64,000 nucleotides of DNA from Zancudomyces culisetae HAW-14-8 (Eukaryota > Fungi > Kickxellomycota), in NCBI GenBank assembly GCA_052426225.1, contig JBNJNM010000007.1, forward strand, positions 1,054,448-1,118,447, written 5' to 3'. Every line of letters starts with the position of its first letter. Position 1 is the first letter of the stretch. Shown piece by piece: positions 37,630 to 49,399 of this stretch. The notes under the pieces are model-generated. The model had not been told where the DNA came from. It saw nothing but the letters and a program-made list of their open reading frames with translations, and made no database searches. The position numbers and the translations under genes are program-made.

Positions 37630-38034
37630 TTAGTAGTAGTATCCACCATAGTATGGGTATCTGTAACCGTAACCATACGATGGATATCCGTAGTATCCGC
37701 CATAGTATGGGTAGCCGTAGTATCCGTACCACCAACGGTCATCGGTTCCATTTCCTGCATCACCACCTTCTGCTGAAGGATCAACAGTTTGGGCAGAATC
37801 ATCGTCAGCTGGTGCAACTTCCTCCTCCTCGTCAGCACGCTTGCGGTAGGCCGGAGCGGCAAAGCGGTTGTTAAAGGCAGGGCGAGATGGTGGAGCATAT
37901 CTTCCAAAGTCCTGGACCTGTTCCATAGGTGGTTGCATAGGTCCGACATTTGCTCTTGGTCTTGGAGCGGATGCAGCATTTACTGATACTGTGGCAACTG
38001 CGGCTGTGAAGAGTGCGAGTGTTGATTTTACCAT
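37630..38034 (-). CDS. Secreted precursor with Tyr/Gly/Pro-rich C-terminal peptide
   Basis: Signal peptide, RKR dibasic site, acidic spacer, WWYGYYGYPYYGGYYGYP... tail. Confidence 0.88.
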   Translation of the reverse strand: MVKSTLALFTAAVATVSVNAASAPRPRANVGPMQPPMEQVQDFGRYAPPSRPAFNNRFAAPAYRKRADEEEEVAPADDDSAQTVDPSAEGGDAGNGTDDRWWYGYYGYPYYGGYYGYPSYGYGYRYPYYGGYYY

Positions 38035-39316
38035 TTTTGATATCTAGTTTAAAATGAGCGTTGTATGTAGCTGATTGCTAATGCAATATTTTAATACAAA
38101 TGATTGTGATTATGCTTTAAATTGATACTTGAAGAATCTTCAACTGTTGATAATTTTTTATTTTGGCAGTGATATCTTGACCCATTTTATACTTTTTCTA
38201 TTCATATTTTTAATCTACTTTACTCTTTAATCGCAAATAACGGATTTCCTATATTATCTTTAAAGAATTCCAGAATAGTCTAATTTTAGAACCGTAAAGA
38301 ATATTGGTAATGATTATAGGGCTAAATTTGAATGTATGTGTAATTTTAAAGAATCAGGTTAGTAATTTACCATAACCGTAACTCTAATATTTTAAAAAAT
38401 TGTTATTTTGTAGTAAGTGTTAAAGCACAAAGAGCAAACAATATTGATTTGTGTTCGATAATTGTGTTTACTTGATTTATGGTAAAGTAAAACGCGAGCT
38501 TAACAAATACGCTAGAGGTATTTTGTAATTCTTACATATCACAAAAAAAAGTTTATTTTTAATTTGATTTTGACTTTTGAATAACAAATACCAAAGTATA
38601 ATCATACCCGTGCTACAACCAGTTATGGATTATTGGTAATCTAATTCATCCTACTGATATTTAACCAGAGCAAATAATTATCGATTTAACGGTGATTTAG
38701 TGAACAAAATAAATAAACTAAAAATAGTATTTAAAGTCAATCTATTCTTAGAAATTGTTTAAATTATCTAAACCAAATAGAGTAGACCCGATCCTATTAT
38801 ATCGATAATTTTAATATGTCTTTACTTTCACCCTTCTTTTTTATATTGAGTAATAATTGTTGTAGACGGAAAATAATAAAAATACTATTATTAACATAAT
38901 GTGAATGACCATAAGATCGCCCCTTCCCAATGATTACAAATTGTCTAAAATAAGTAAAATAGTGAGAATGAAGCAGCGTTTCAAATTTTATCATACTAGG
39001 TAAGCATATTTACTTTTTTAGATTGCACTAGTGAATCTTGGTGTTCTAATGGCACAAATAAACATTATTATACAGCTAAACAAAATGTATCAAAGTTTGT
39101 GTATGGTTTTATTGTTTGGTAGTTTAACTTAGATGGAAAATAGAGTCTAATTAACATCACATGTTTCCAACTATCTTGATTAAAAAATCGAACCAAAAAG
39201 ACAGCAATAGATAAAAAGAATTTAGTATATTTATCAAGATAAAGAAAAATAAAACATAGCTACAGCACGTTTTTAGAGGGTACAATTTATAAATATTGTA
39301 TAAATAATGTAAAAAA

Positions 39317-40030
39317 CTATAAGACCAGTTGAGAGAGAACGGTCTGATACCCGCATGTTGTCAGGCTTCTCATACGCAAAAAGGCTTGATCAGCAAGCTC
39401 TTTAAATGGGCCATGTGACTCTCTGGAGTCCACCTTCATATTGATGGTTCCAGAGCGATCACTGTCTGATGAATAACGGCCTTCATCCTTGGCCTGCTGG
39501 ATCCATGCTGATTTCAGTTTATGCATAAGACCTGACATTTTGATTGAGATTTTAATATTTAAAGTTTTATAAGTTTAACTAGCCGTAGCACTATTATCTT
39601 TTTTTGTTATAACTAAAACCAATACATTTTACTTTTAAAGTATTCTTTATTTCTTTTCTCTTACTCTTATAAAATTTTGAACTATTAAAAGAGCTAAGAA
39701 ATCCTCATTGAGGCTTACTTTGTTTATATATAACTATTTAAATAAAACTACTATAGCTATATTTATTTAACGTATGTTTCAATATTGATTTACTGTGTTT
39801 TTGCCTGTGGTTATGGTGTTTGATTCTTTTTATGTTCTGTTTGTTTTTATATCAAACAATCGATATACTATTTAATAAAAAATATTTTTATTTGTATTTC
39901 AATTTTATTATTTTTCTGTGACTATTCGATCTGTATTTCATTGATATCTGTTATCATAATTTTTAAATTTTTTTTTGTTGAATATTAGTTTATTGAAATA
40001 CTGTTAATTAAAATATTTATTTGTTTTAAT
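39317..40030 (-). mobile_element. Dispersed repeat copy A: short ORF (39538-39317) plus ~500-bp AT-rich upstream region
   Basis: Homologous to 48641-49390 in protein (KDEGRYS.DSDRSG...ESH.PF) and in upstream DNA (TAGCCGWAGCACTATT, TAAAAGAGCTAA). Confidence 0.55.
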
Positions 40031-40037
40031 TGTGTCC

Positions 40038-40761
40038 AGCACGATCCGGGTACACTCATAAAGTACTTTCAAGCTCTTAAGTCTACAAAAATAATAAAAA
40101 AATAAGCTAATGAACTCTACCTTTGATAATTAGCCGAGATGCAACACAATAGTCCAGTCAAAGGGAAAACCAACAGCGCAACATATGAAATTATATATTT
40201 ATTATCTCAAGAGATAGCTGCCATTATATCCTAGTAATATGATAATACCTACTATATACACAATATACTAATACCCGTAATATAAATAACTTTTAATAAT
40301 AGCTACCAACACTACAAACAAACGCTAATACGAATCGATCTGGGAACCGTCATACAAATGCATTTGATTTATCAGGATTTGGAAACCTAAATTCCCGAAA
40401 CACAAACAACAATAGTAGTTCTACCAGCAACATAAACGCTGGAGCAAGTACCTCGGTATCAAAATTGAACTCTGATACGCTGTTTCATCGACTAAAGCTT
40501 GATTCTAGTTTAATAGACAAATCACCTCTTCCTCAAGAACTAGAAAACTCTTGGGATACTAACCCATCAAAACTTGCAGATTTATTTACTAAACGCAAAG
40601 AGTTTATGGTTTTGCAGGCACGAAAGTAAGAAACTACATTCTAGTGGTGTTTTCTATATAATATGAGTGTTTTTCAATGTTTTTTTACATCTATTTTTAC
40701 AAATAGAAAATTCCTGAAAGACAAAGGCAGCTTACTGAAAAGGCACAATAGACTAGGATAA
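40038..40761 (+). pseudogene. 3' fragment of an ERAD factor with G2BR-like motif (gp78/AUP1/Cue1-like); intron 40626-40706
   Basis: SWDTNPSKLADLFTKRKEFMVLQARK|KFL; upstream part has stops and no start. Confidence 0.6.
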
Positions 40762-40834
40762 TTTTTTTTGGCGCCATTTAGGTATTATGAATAGCTTACC
40801 CTGATATTAATATATAACTTTTTAATAATATCCC

Positions 40835-40875
40835 ACAGAAAACAGACAGAAAACAGACAGAAAACAGACAGAAAA
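40835..40875 (+). repeat. 11-bp tandem repeat CAGAAAACAGA, ~3.5 copies
   Basis: Directly visible. Confidence 0.85.
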
Positions 40876-42202
40876 GCGCAGATTATTAGAAAAATTTATT
40901 AAAAACCTGTGGTGCTACTTTACTACCTATAATTCAGTTAAAAGGATGAATAATGTGTCTAAATGCTTATCTATTCTTCACCATTCGCTCATATGTATCC
41001 TCAAAAGGTGATAAAATTTATATTTTCCGCTAAACCTCGTACTTATAAAGAAAAGTAGCACATCTTCATAATGCTTGCTTGTCATTTTTTAAACAAATTT
41101 ATTTACTTTATGTACTGATAATATTATCAAGTGTTATGGCTAGGTTTATTATTTTTCTATCTAGTCTAAAATGTATTTACTAAAAGTGTCCTTGTTGAAT
41201 GTAGTTCACTTTACAAATAATCACCAAGTAACTCTCACCGTCGTAACTAGGCGCAGTACTGGATAACGTTCAAGAGTTATTCTTCAAGTTACGTTTAGTT
41301 TTCTTTATTTTTTAATGCTCAAACCTTAATCTGTTCAAAATATTAAGATTATAATTATTATATGATAATATTGTAAAATGTCTTTCTTATTTTTATTTTT
41401 TTTCTCGGTCTGTTTGAAAACGAAGGGTAATTTAACCCTTGTAAAAGTTGGGGTCCGGTTTCATATAAATTAAATGACTTAACCGACTCGATTCTGATAC
41501 AAGCCTGACGCCCGTTTCAAACTCACCCCGGCAGGTTTACATTTGAATTTGAGATAACCCCTAATCACATTACGCGACTACAAAATCTAGATTTCTGAAT
41601 TATTAACGATAACCATATTTGTACTTGTATAAAATGAAGATATTAAATTCGCTAGAAATTAGTGAGCTGACATACTATTTCATAGGTTGACCTCACATGA
41701 TTGATAAAAATGTACAAAAGCCTTATATTTATATTCTGGGCAGACCTCTGGAAGTGCAAATAAGCATAAGTCGGATCTGCTTTAATTTAAAAGACAAATG
41801 CTTTATTTAAACGTTTTTGTTTTGCTAATTAAATAAACTGTAACCTAGAGTTTAAGTCCACTTGTAATTAATTAATTTTTAGTATATTAAACACCGAAAA
41901 TTCAAAGTCGAGGCTAGCGTTCAAACATTAACTTTAGCGTATTGGTTATCATTTTTGAATTTAGAAAAGTATACTAAGTTGTAGCTCAAAATTGACATTC
42001 TAGAAACGTATAGGTATAATGCAACAATAAGCCCATTACAATATTATACAAAGTGAAGTGGTGTTTTGTATAAGTAAGATATTTCATGAGAAATAAAAGT
42101 ATAAAAGGGGTTACAATTCCCTCCAAAGTAGAAAACATATCTTAAGTAGAATAAACAATTCACTTATTAGACGAAAAAATCTTTCAAAAGTTAATCAAAA
42201 AA

Positions 42203-42613
42203 ATGAAGTTCTCCGTATTCAGCATGATGTGCTTGAGCCTGGGTATGACCAGTGCATACAGCATCGCAGATTCAAATCAAGCTGCCAAAAACAAACAAGC
42301 AGACAACAGTCCCAACCGCCTTTGCGGTTGTCATCATCAAAAAAAAATGAAGCTTGAGATTTTCAGTAAAACCCATTATCAAGGGAAAAGTCAAATCAAA
42401 CATTTGAAACCAGGTCGCTGCTATAACATTCCAAGTACCGGAAGTGCAAAAATGGACGATGGTAAACCAGGAAGTGGAGATATTACGTTTTGTGTAGAGG
42501 CAGACTGTCAAGGGCACTGCTTTACCGCATCTAGAAGCATTCTACTTTATCCAGATAATATCCCAGGAATTGATCTTGGTGCTTATGCAAAATCAGTAGG
42601 ATGGACTCTCTAG
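42203..42613 (+). CDS. Small secreted beta/gamma-crystallin-like protein, paralog 3
   Basis: Signal peptide, PNRLCGC, LEIFSKTHYQG..RCYN..S..CVEADCQGHC..SVGW; TATA at 42100. Confidence 0.9.
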   Translation: MKFSVFSMMCLSLGMTSAYSIADSNQAAKNKQADNSPNRLCGCHHQKKMKLEIFSKTHYQGKSQIKHLKPGRCYNIPSTGSAKMDDGKPGSGDITFCVEADCQGHCFTASRSILLYPDNIPGIDLGAYAKSVGWTL

Positions 42614-42945
42614 TGGGTATTTTAGAACTATTTGAAAAGGTTTTACTAGTTAGTATATAGAAGTTTCAATATATAAGCTGGATTTGACACTTGCTCTATA
42701 GATATTTATTAATTTAAATATTGCAAGTGGAAATAAACTATTTTACTGCTATAAGTTCAAATGTACAAGCTGGTGCTTTAAATAATCTATATATATCAAA
42801 GTTTTTTTAATTCTGACTTTTCTAGTATGCCGATCTTATTAAAGATAATCTACATATATGGGGAATAAAAGTTTGCATTTTAACCAAATAATTAATCAAG
42901 AGATTGAACTTGAAAGCATTAATTGGATTAAATCATGTTATTAGT

Positions 42946-43386
42946 TGTTATGAATACACTTGTATCACAACAGTATTGTATATTAAATACATAAAAATTA
43001 ATGTTTATTAATGATAATCTTGTATATCATTAATATTGTTTAATTATAAGTTTATATATTTAATTATTATTATATTATTAGTTTTAAACATTAATATAGT
43101 GCATATTAATGATGTTCGCTTAATAGTATATTATAATTGGTTTTATTACTAGTTTAAGTTTTATATTAATATTTATAACAAACTTAATTGTATAAAAGGT
43201 GATTCATTTCCTTTCATGAACAGATAAGTTTGTCAATCTCGTTTAACAATAATAAAGATATTATTAACAAATATTATATTATTACTGTGTGTTTTAAACT
43301 AGTATAATTAATAATAACTTTTATAAATTAACTGTGTGTTAATTTGTTAATACCATCATTATTGTGTATAATATTGGTATCTAACA
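42946..43386 (+). mobile_element. LTR-like repeat, left arm of an inverted pair
   Basis: TGTTA...TAACA termini, internal TATAAAAG (~43191) then AATAAA (~43251); reverse-complement similar to 43617-44066. Confidence 0.65.
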
Positions 43387-43616
43387 CTGCTTGACCGTGC
43401 GAGAATGCGCATTAAAGGGTATTCAGAACCCTTCCTTGATCACCTGGAGTACTCATTGGTGATCGGTAAGCTTCCATGCCTCCTGGAAGAGCTTCAGTCA
43501 ACCCCTTACTTTCGGGGTCTGATGCTGTTGCCACCCCGAAAATTATTCTTAGGAGTATTAAAATGGGGCTGCCACTGCCCATGAACCAGGTGTGGCTCTT
43601 GGAGCTGTGACTGCTG
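43387..43616 (-). pseudogene. Fragment of a DIRS-type retrotransposon RT N-terminus
   Basis: Translates VRG*LKLFQEAWKLTDHQ*VLQVIKEGF*IPF, matching the DIRS motif VGGRL..F...W....WVL..I..G(F/Y)RIPF with stops at the R/W codons. Confidence 0.7.
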
Positions 43617-44066
43617 TGTTAGATACCGAAATTATACTAAGTAAAGATATTATTAACAAATTAACACACAGTTAATTTATAAAAGCTATTATTAATAATT
43701 AGTATTTATCTCACAGTAATACATGCAATAATACATGTTATTATCTTTATTATCGTTAAACGTGATATACAAACAAATCTTTCATGTAAAGGTATATTAT
43801 CTCCTTTTATACAATTAAGTTTGTAATAATTATTAATATATAATTTAATCTAAAAAGCGTATTATTTAATATACACAATATTAATGTTGATACGTTCATT
43901 ATTGATTTTGAGTATCAATATTAATGTTATATACTAATACTTATTATTAATTAAATAATATAATCTTGTAATACAATAATATATGAAACACAAGTATATC
44001 ATTAATAAATTAATTATATTGTATTTAATATTCAATATTGTTAAGATACATGTATATTCTAAAACA
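43617..44066 (-). mobile_element. LTR-like repeat, right arm of the inverted pair
   Basis: Shares exact blocks with the left arm in reverse orientation (GGTATCTAACAC, TTATAAATTAACTGTGTGTTAATTTGTTAATA, ACAAACTTAATTGTATAAAAGG). Confidence 0.65.
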
Positions 44067-46696
44067 ATGGTGGTGGTGGTGGTCATGGCCTACATTTTTG
44101 GAGGGGCCAAAATATTTGCCAATACTTTTGCCTACACTAGTGCCTACACTTTCGATCGCGATGACGGTGGCAGTAAGGTCTGCATACTTTACGACGACGA
44201 CATTGAGATCTACAAATCCTGCATTATTGTTTGAAAGGTAGACGTTCTTTGGGGCTAGTTCACCTTTTTTTTTACATACCTTGTATTTGGCTAAGTTGGC
44301 CGTGTGGAGGTTAGTTTGACCTTTCATTTTTATATTATTTTAATTATTATTTTTAGTACATTACCATTATGTGAAAAAAGTTTTTTAAAGATTTCTATTT
44401 GGCTGGCTCCGCTATCTTGAGATTGAGCGGAAACTGAAAAGAGTGCAATAAGGCACAACTATTTGATTATAACCATCCTGTACTATTGTCTGGCTCTTTA
44501 TTCCGTGTTAATTCTGTTTGTATAACCGAGCTCCTACAACTGCGTGACTAGCTAACTAGAAAAAACACAACGAATTGCTGTTAGATCTTGGCTGCCAGTA
44601 CCTCTAAGTTTTTTAATTTGTATTCCTGTGCCTGAAGTTTTATTATGACATATAACACTACTATATTTTATTACTGCTTCTTGCTTGTTAGCTATCTGAG
44701 AGTGCAACAAAATGATACTAAACTAAATCACGGTATTTTTGACATTTTTATATTTTTGTTAGATGGAATTTTAAATACATATTTTCTACAATATACAGCT
44801 CGCTTGTGGATAGTTGAGTTTAGTTGACCTTCTCTCTGATATTTACTTTTAACGTGAGTATTCCAGTTTTATTTTACTAATAAATAATTATTAAACTATG
44901 TACACTTTCTTCTATTTAACATTCTAGATCTTTTATAAACGTCATTTATGTTTATTAAAAGTTACAATCAAATATACTTATTAAGAACTAGATCAAAAAA
45001 AAGTTAATTTATCGCACTGACAGGGATTTTATTTTAGTTCTAGCTAAAGTCATTAATATATTAAAATTGAGCCCGATAAACTTAGCAAACCTGAACTTGA
45101 TAATTTACTAGAGCCTAAAGAATATAATTGAATGTTAACTTTTATTTAGGAATAATGTGAGGTAGTAATCATCTAGATCAATCACAATATTTACGATACT
45201 ACAGCTATTGGTTTGGTGGTTATTTATTGAAATGTATGATCTCACACTCTCGCACTATTTGTTCATAAAAAGGTCACCTTTAATTTTTTTTTGATAGAAA
45301 TGTATAGTAAAAGCGTATAGGTGTTGAGATTTTAGAGTTTCGGAGATCATGAAGTTGGGCTGAAAAGATTTGTAAATATAACATGCCCGAGACTTGCCCT
45401 AAAAATTCTCATTTTTTTTTTGGCTTCATGTACGGAAGTTGACATATTTTTCAATATTTTTAAACGAGATTCTCGCTATCTTTATTGGGTAATATTCTTT
45501 TTGTTTTATTTAATGCTTTACAAGTCAAGGACAACTATAATTTGATATTTTGTTTAGCTTTTTAAATTCATAATAATATACTTTGATAAGTTGATAATAG
45601 TCCAGATTGTGCTAATAACTTTTTAACAAGTCAAGAATAACATTAATAAATAGTTGAAAATATATTTTTATTCTCATACACCCAAGCTACAAAGTTGATG
45701 TAATAAGCCTTTAGCGTTTTTCAAAACTTTCAAGCATACAACACTTTTTCTAAACATTTTTTTATAACAGGTATTTATTTTTGTCCTTGTAAGATTTTGA
45801 ATTAAAACTAATATGAATCATCCATAATTTAAAACCATATTTTAGAATAACAACACTTTAAACATTACCAATTATACAAAAAAACTGTATCATTTATGAA
45901 TGTAGCGAAGGATATGACTATTTTTAAAATCAATAAAAAGAGAATAAAGTAAGTGGCTCTACATTTGGTAAACAAAAAACACTTTATAAATAGATAATTA
46001 AAATATGCCAAATATAATAATAGTTTAAAAAGTCATGAATAGATGCCATCAGAATATGTATCCTTCTTATCATTGTAAAACTAAGTATCGCAGGAATATG
46101 ATACTATAATTGTTTCTGATTATTTACGCAGTGATAATTGTTTAAACTTCATCCAACTAAACATATTAAACTTGATATATTAAATAGCCTAACACAAAAT
46201 TGCACGGAATAAATCACATGTTAGGTGAAAGAGATACATGTATTCTCGCACCGTTAGACAATGCTTTTAAATCTCAAATTATTCATATTACGGGTATTTA
46301 TTTATATGAGATAATTATGTGTCACATTTTTACCTCTTTAATTAACACTGAAAACTATTATAGAAGTTTGAGAAGATAAATGCTGAACATATTTATCAAT
46401 CTATATTAAAACATTCAGTGTGATAATATATGTCAGACGGAATCCTTACACCTTTATGAATATACATTCTTTCAAACTGTAAAATCTACTGGCTGTTAAA
46501 TAATGCCTGGTCATACCCGATTTGAAATTTATTTCTAGTAAAACCACTTTTCAAATATGCTCCAAACATTTCTATTTAATGTTGACGAACTTCACTAAAC
46601 GTGTTTATTTCATAGATTTCGGTTCTAATATTTAAAAGATTTTCTATCTCTAAATCAAATATCCATACGTTAAAAATAGTCGAATTCTGACTCTAA

Positions 46697-47104
46697 CTAT
46701 GCTAGGAACCAAATCATAGAGTTTGCAGGTCCTCCAACATTGTCAGCTTCCACATCATATGGGTAAAGCCAGGCTTTTCTACTTATAGTTGTACACTTTC
46801 CACTACAGTCATTACTGTGGCATAGTGCAGCCCATCCGCGCCCTGGTTGTCCATCGTCAAATCGAAGTGATAGGGCACTTGGTAATGAGACACATCTGTT
46901 TGGTCTTATATTTAGGGTTTCACCTGGACTTTGGAGATTTTTCTCTTTGAACACTTCGACCTTCATTCTAGCGCTGCGATTTCGACAAGAACAAAGTCTG
47001 TTTGGTCCAATTGGGTATCTATTGTGTTGGCGTAAAGACAAGTCACCCATGCTGTTTGCAAAGGTTAGTCCCAAAGCTGCTGTTCCGATTATAATGGTCT
47101 TCAT
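46697..47104 (-). CDS. Small secreted beta/gamma-crystallin-like protein, paralog 4
   Basis: Signal peptide, PNRLCSC, VEVFKEKNL..RCVS..DDGQPG..CHSNDCSGKC..SMIW. Confidence 0.9.
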   Translation of the reverse strand: MKTIIIGTAALGLTFANSMGDLSLRQHNRYPIGPNRLCSCRNRSARMKVEVFKEKNLQSPGETLNIRPNRCVSLPSALSLRFDDGQPGRGWAALCHSNDCSGKCTTISRKAWLYPYDVEADNVGGPANSMIWFLA

Positions 47105-48640
47105 TTTGTCAGTTAATAATTATAATCTGGTAGATATTTGAATTGTTATTCTTCTTAATTTTTAAAATATTCTCCAAACCAGCTGGATTTATATACTTTT
47201 TTGTTTTGAACAAGTCTAGAGTATAAATCAAAGTATAATGTGTATAGACGAGTGTTGTAAAAGTAAAGTTATAAGCTATTTTGTTAATTTTGTCAAAATA
47301 ATAAATTATGATCTACTGCGTTTTAAAACAGTCAATCAACCTTTGGCAAATGTTGAGAAATTACTAGTTGAAAAAGGTAGTAGTGCATATGATGCATAAC
47401 TCCAAGTGTGTAAGTCGCTATACGAATATCATATGACTAGATTATCAATTCTAATATATTTATTGTACTTTATGATATGCTAACCTGTTAGGTTTTAAGA
47501 GCTATCATATTGAAAAAATAGTAACAAATCGTTTATGACATGTAGTTAGTTAGCACTTAGTGGAGATCAAACTTTGAGAATTGATTAACAGATTGCTGTG
47601 CAGCTCAATTTAAGCAAAAAACATTGCTGTACATATTTCAACTATTTGAGGGTGTTTCATAAAAATAGTAATAAACATCCTCTTTAGCTAAAGTAGCACA
47701 CACTCCAGAACAAAAAATTCAATATTAAAAACACTAGAACAATAGTTGTGTAAAGTTGCATTATAAGCTACCATTCATTCATTTTTAGTTTTTTTGATCA
47801 ACCAAATTTATAAGCTTATTGTAGCTAAGTGAAGTAGGCTAGACGTAAATTATACAAATTCATGATATCCATTCAAAATAAATGTAGTCAGACTATAGTT
47901 GTAGCATAAATAGAATAGCTGTGTATAATGATAGAATGAGAAAAATTAAAGTAATGCTATGAATAATAGTGAAAATAATGTCATGGAACTAATGTACATT
48001 CAATCATCAATCATCAATTCTTTTTTTTTGGTTTGAATATTTGAATATTTGATTTACACTCAATAACACACTTGAAACTTTAATACAAATTAAAGATGTG
48101 TTTTTATGCCAAGTCAATAATTCTCAGTAATGCTTATTGTAGTATATAGCAACTAAACTTTTTGTAAATATTTGTATTAGACCATACTAGAATTGTAAAC
48201 TGCTATACTTCTTTTGGAAAGTAAATCGAAATTAAAAACCTTAACTAAATATACTAAAGTACACACATATCAGTAATATACAATAAGCCTGTTAAAAAAA
48301 ATACACATTAAATTGTTGCATATTTTAAGCAGGAATTTGGTATTTCACAAAGCCTGAATCAAATATGCTTCAACTATAGTTCAAAAGTATGTTCAGAATA
48401 TTCCACAAAAGTTGGCTGTTGAACAATAACATAAAATTAGAACACCAACAGAATATGATATAGATATTCCACGCGTTAATTGGGGGAAGGAATAGGTATC
48501 TTCATAACCAAAATCATATCACAAAATTTCAAGAATTATAGCCTTTAGAATTTCAATCCTTTTAGGCAGTTAAATTGGACTAAGATAATTTTATACAGGG
48601 CAAGAAATAAAGGAGGGAGTATATTTTACTATGCGGATAG

Positions 48641-49390
48641 TTATTTCGTAACGTAGCTTCTGTCGTGTGTATTCTGTTGGACAAAACCGGGCGGGTCACG
48701 TTCCTTGGTCGGGTTTCTCATGCTAAGGAACTGTAGTTGTGCATGCTCCTGAACAAAAGCAAATGGATCATGTGACTCGGTATGATCCAACTCCATAGAG
48801 GTGGCTCCGGAACGGTCGCTGTCCGGAGAGTAACGACCCTCATCCTTGAACTGTTGGATGATGGCTGCACGTAGTTGCTGCATGAGACCTGACTTGAGAT
48901 TTTTGTAATTTTAAACTTTTACTATTTACTATTTTAAACTTTTAGCCGAAGCACTATTTTATTATTACTATATAACGACTTTTAAATAAAGTTGGTCTAA
49001 ACAAAATATTTCTTGTTCATTGCCTTTAATACCACATGAACTATTGCGTTTTAAACTAATAAAAGAGCTAAAGAAACACAACATGAGTTATTTTAACAAT
49101 ATATATAATATTTATTAAATTATAATAAATGCCTATTTCTTATACGCTTAATTTGGTTAATCGCTAACTTATTTCTTCATCCATATTTGGTCGCATTGTT
49201 CATACTCGTATTTAGACTTTTATGATGATTGATACATTCTAATATTAATAAATTCTTTTTATGGTATTATTTCAATTATGATTTTTCTCTTGAAATTTTG
49301 ATCATAATATTTCCGACATTTAGTTATCAGAAATTTAATTCATATTTTTGAATGTTAAAATAATATTATAAATATAATTTTTTATTAGTC
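48641..49390 (-). mobile_element. Dispersed repeat copy B: short ORF plus AT-rich upstream region
   Basis: Homologue of 39317-40030; the position of copy A's ATG reads AAG (AAG TCA GGT CTC ATG vs ATG TCA GGT CTT ATG). Confidence 0.55.
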
Positions 49391-49399
49391 AATTTTATA

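Noticed and set aside
39460-39490. Hammerhead or box-C-like CTGATGA
   Set aside because: Not conserved in the second copy, whose conservation is at codon level on the opposite strand
41430-41442. Telomerase RNA template (TAACCCT)
   Set aside because: Only 7 nt match, giving almost no realignment region, and it lies within a hairpin; kept only as a generic ncRNA candidate
43387-43616. Ribozyme or viroid-like structured RNA in the GC-rich core of the fold-back
   Set aside because: Several small hairpins exist, but no complete hammerhead, twister, HDV or hairpin-ribozyme core was found, and the - strand translates as a DIRS RT motif
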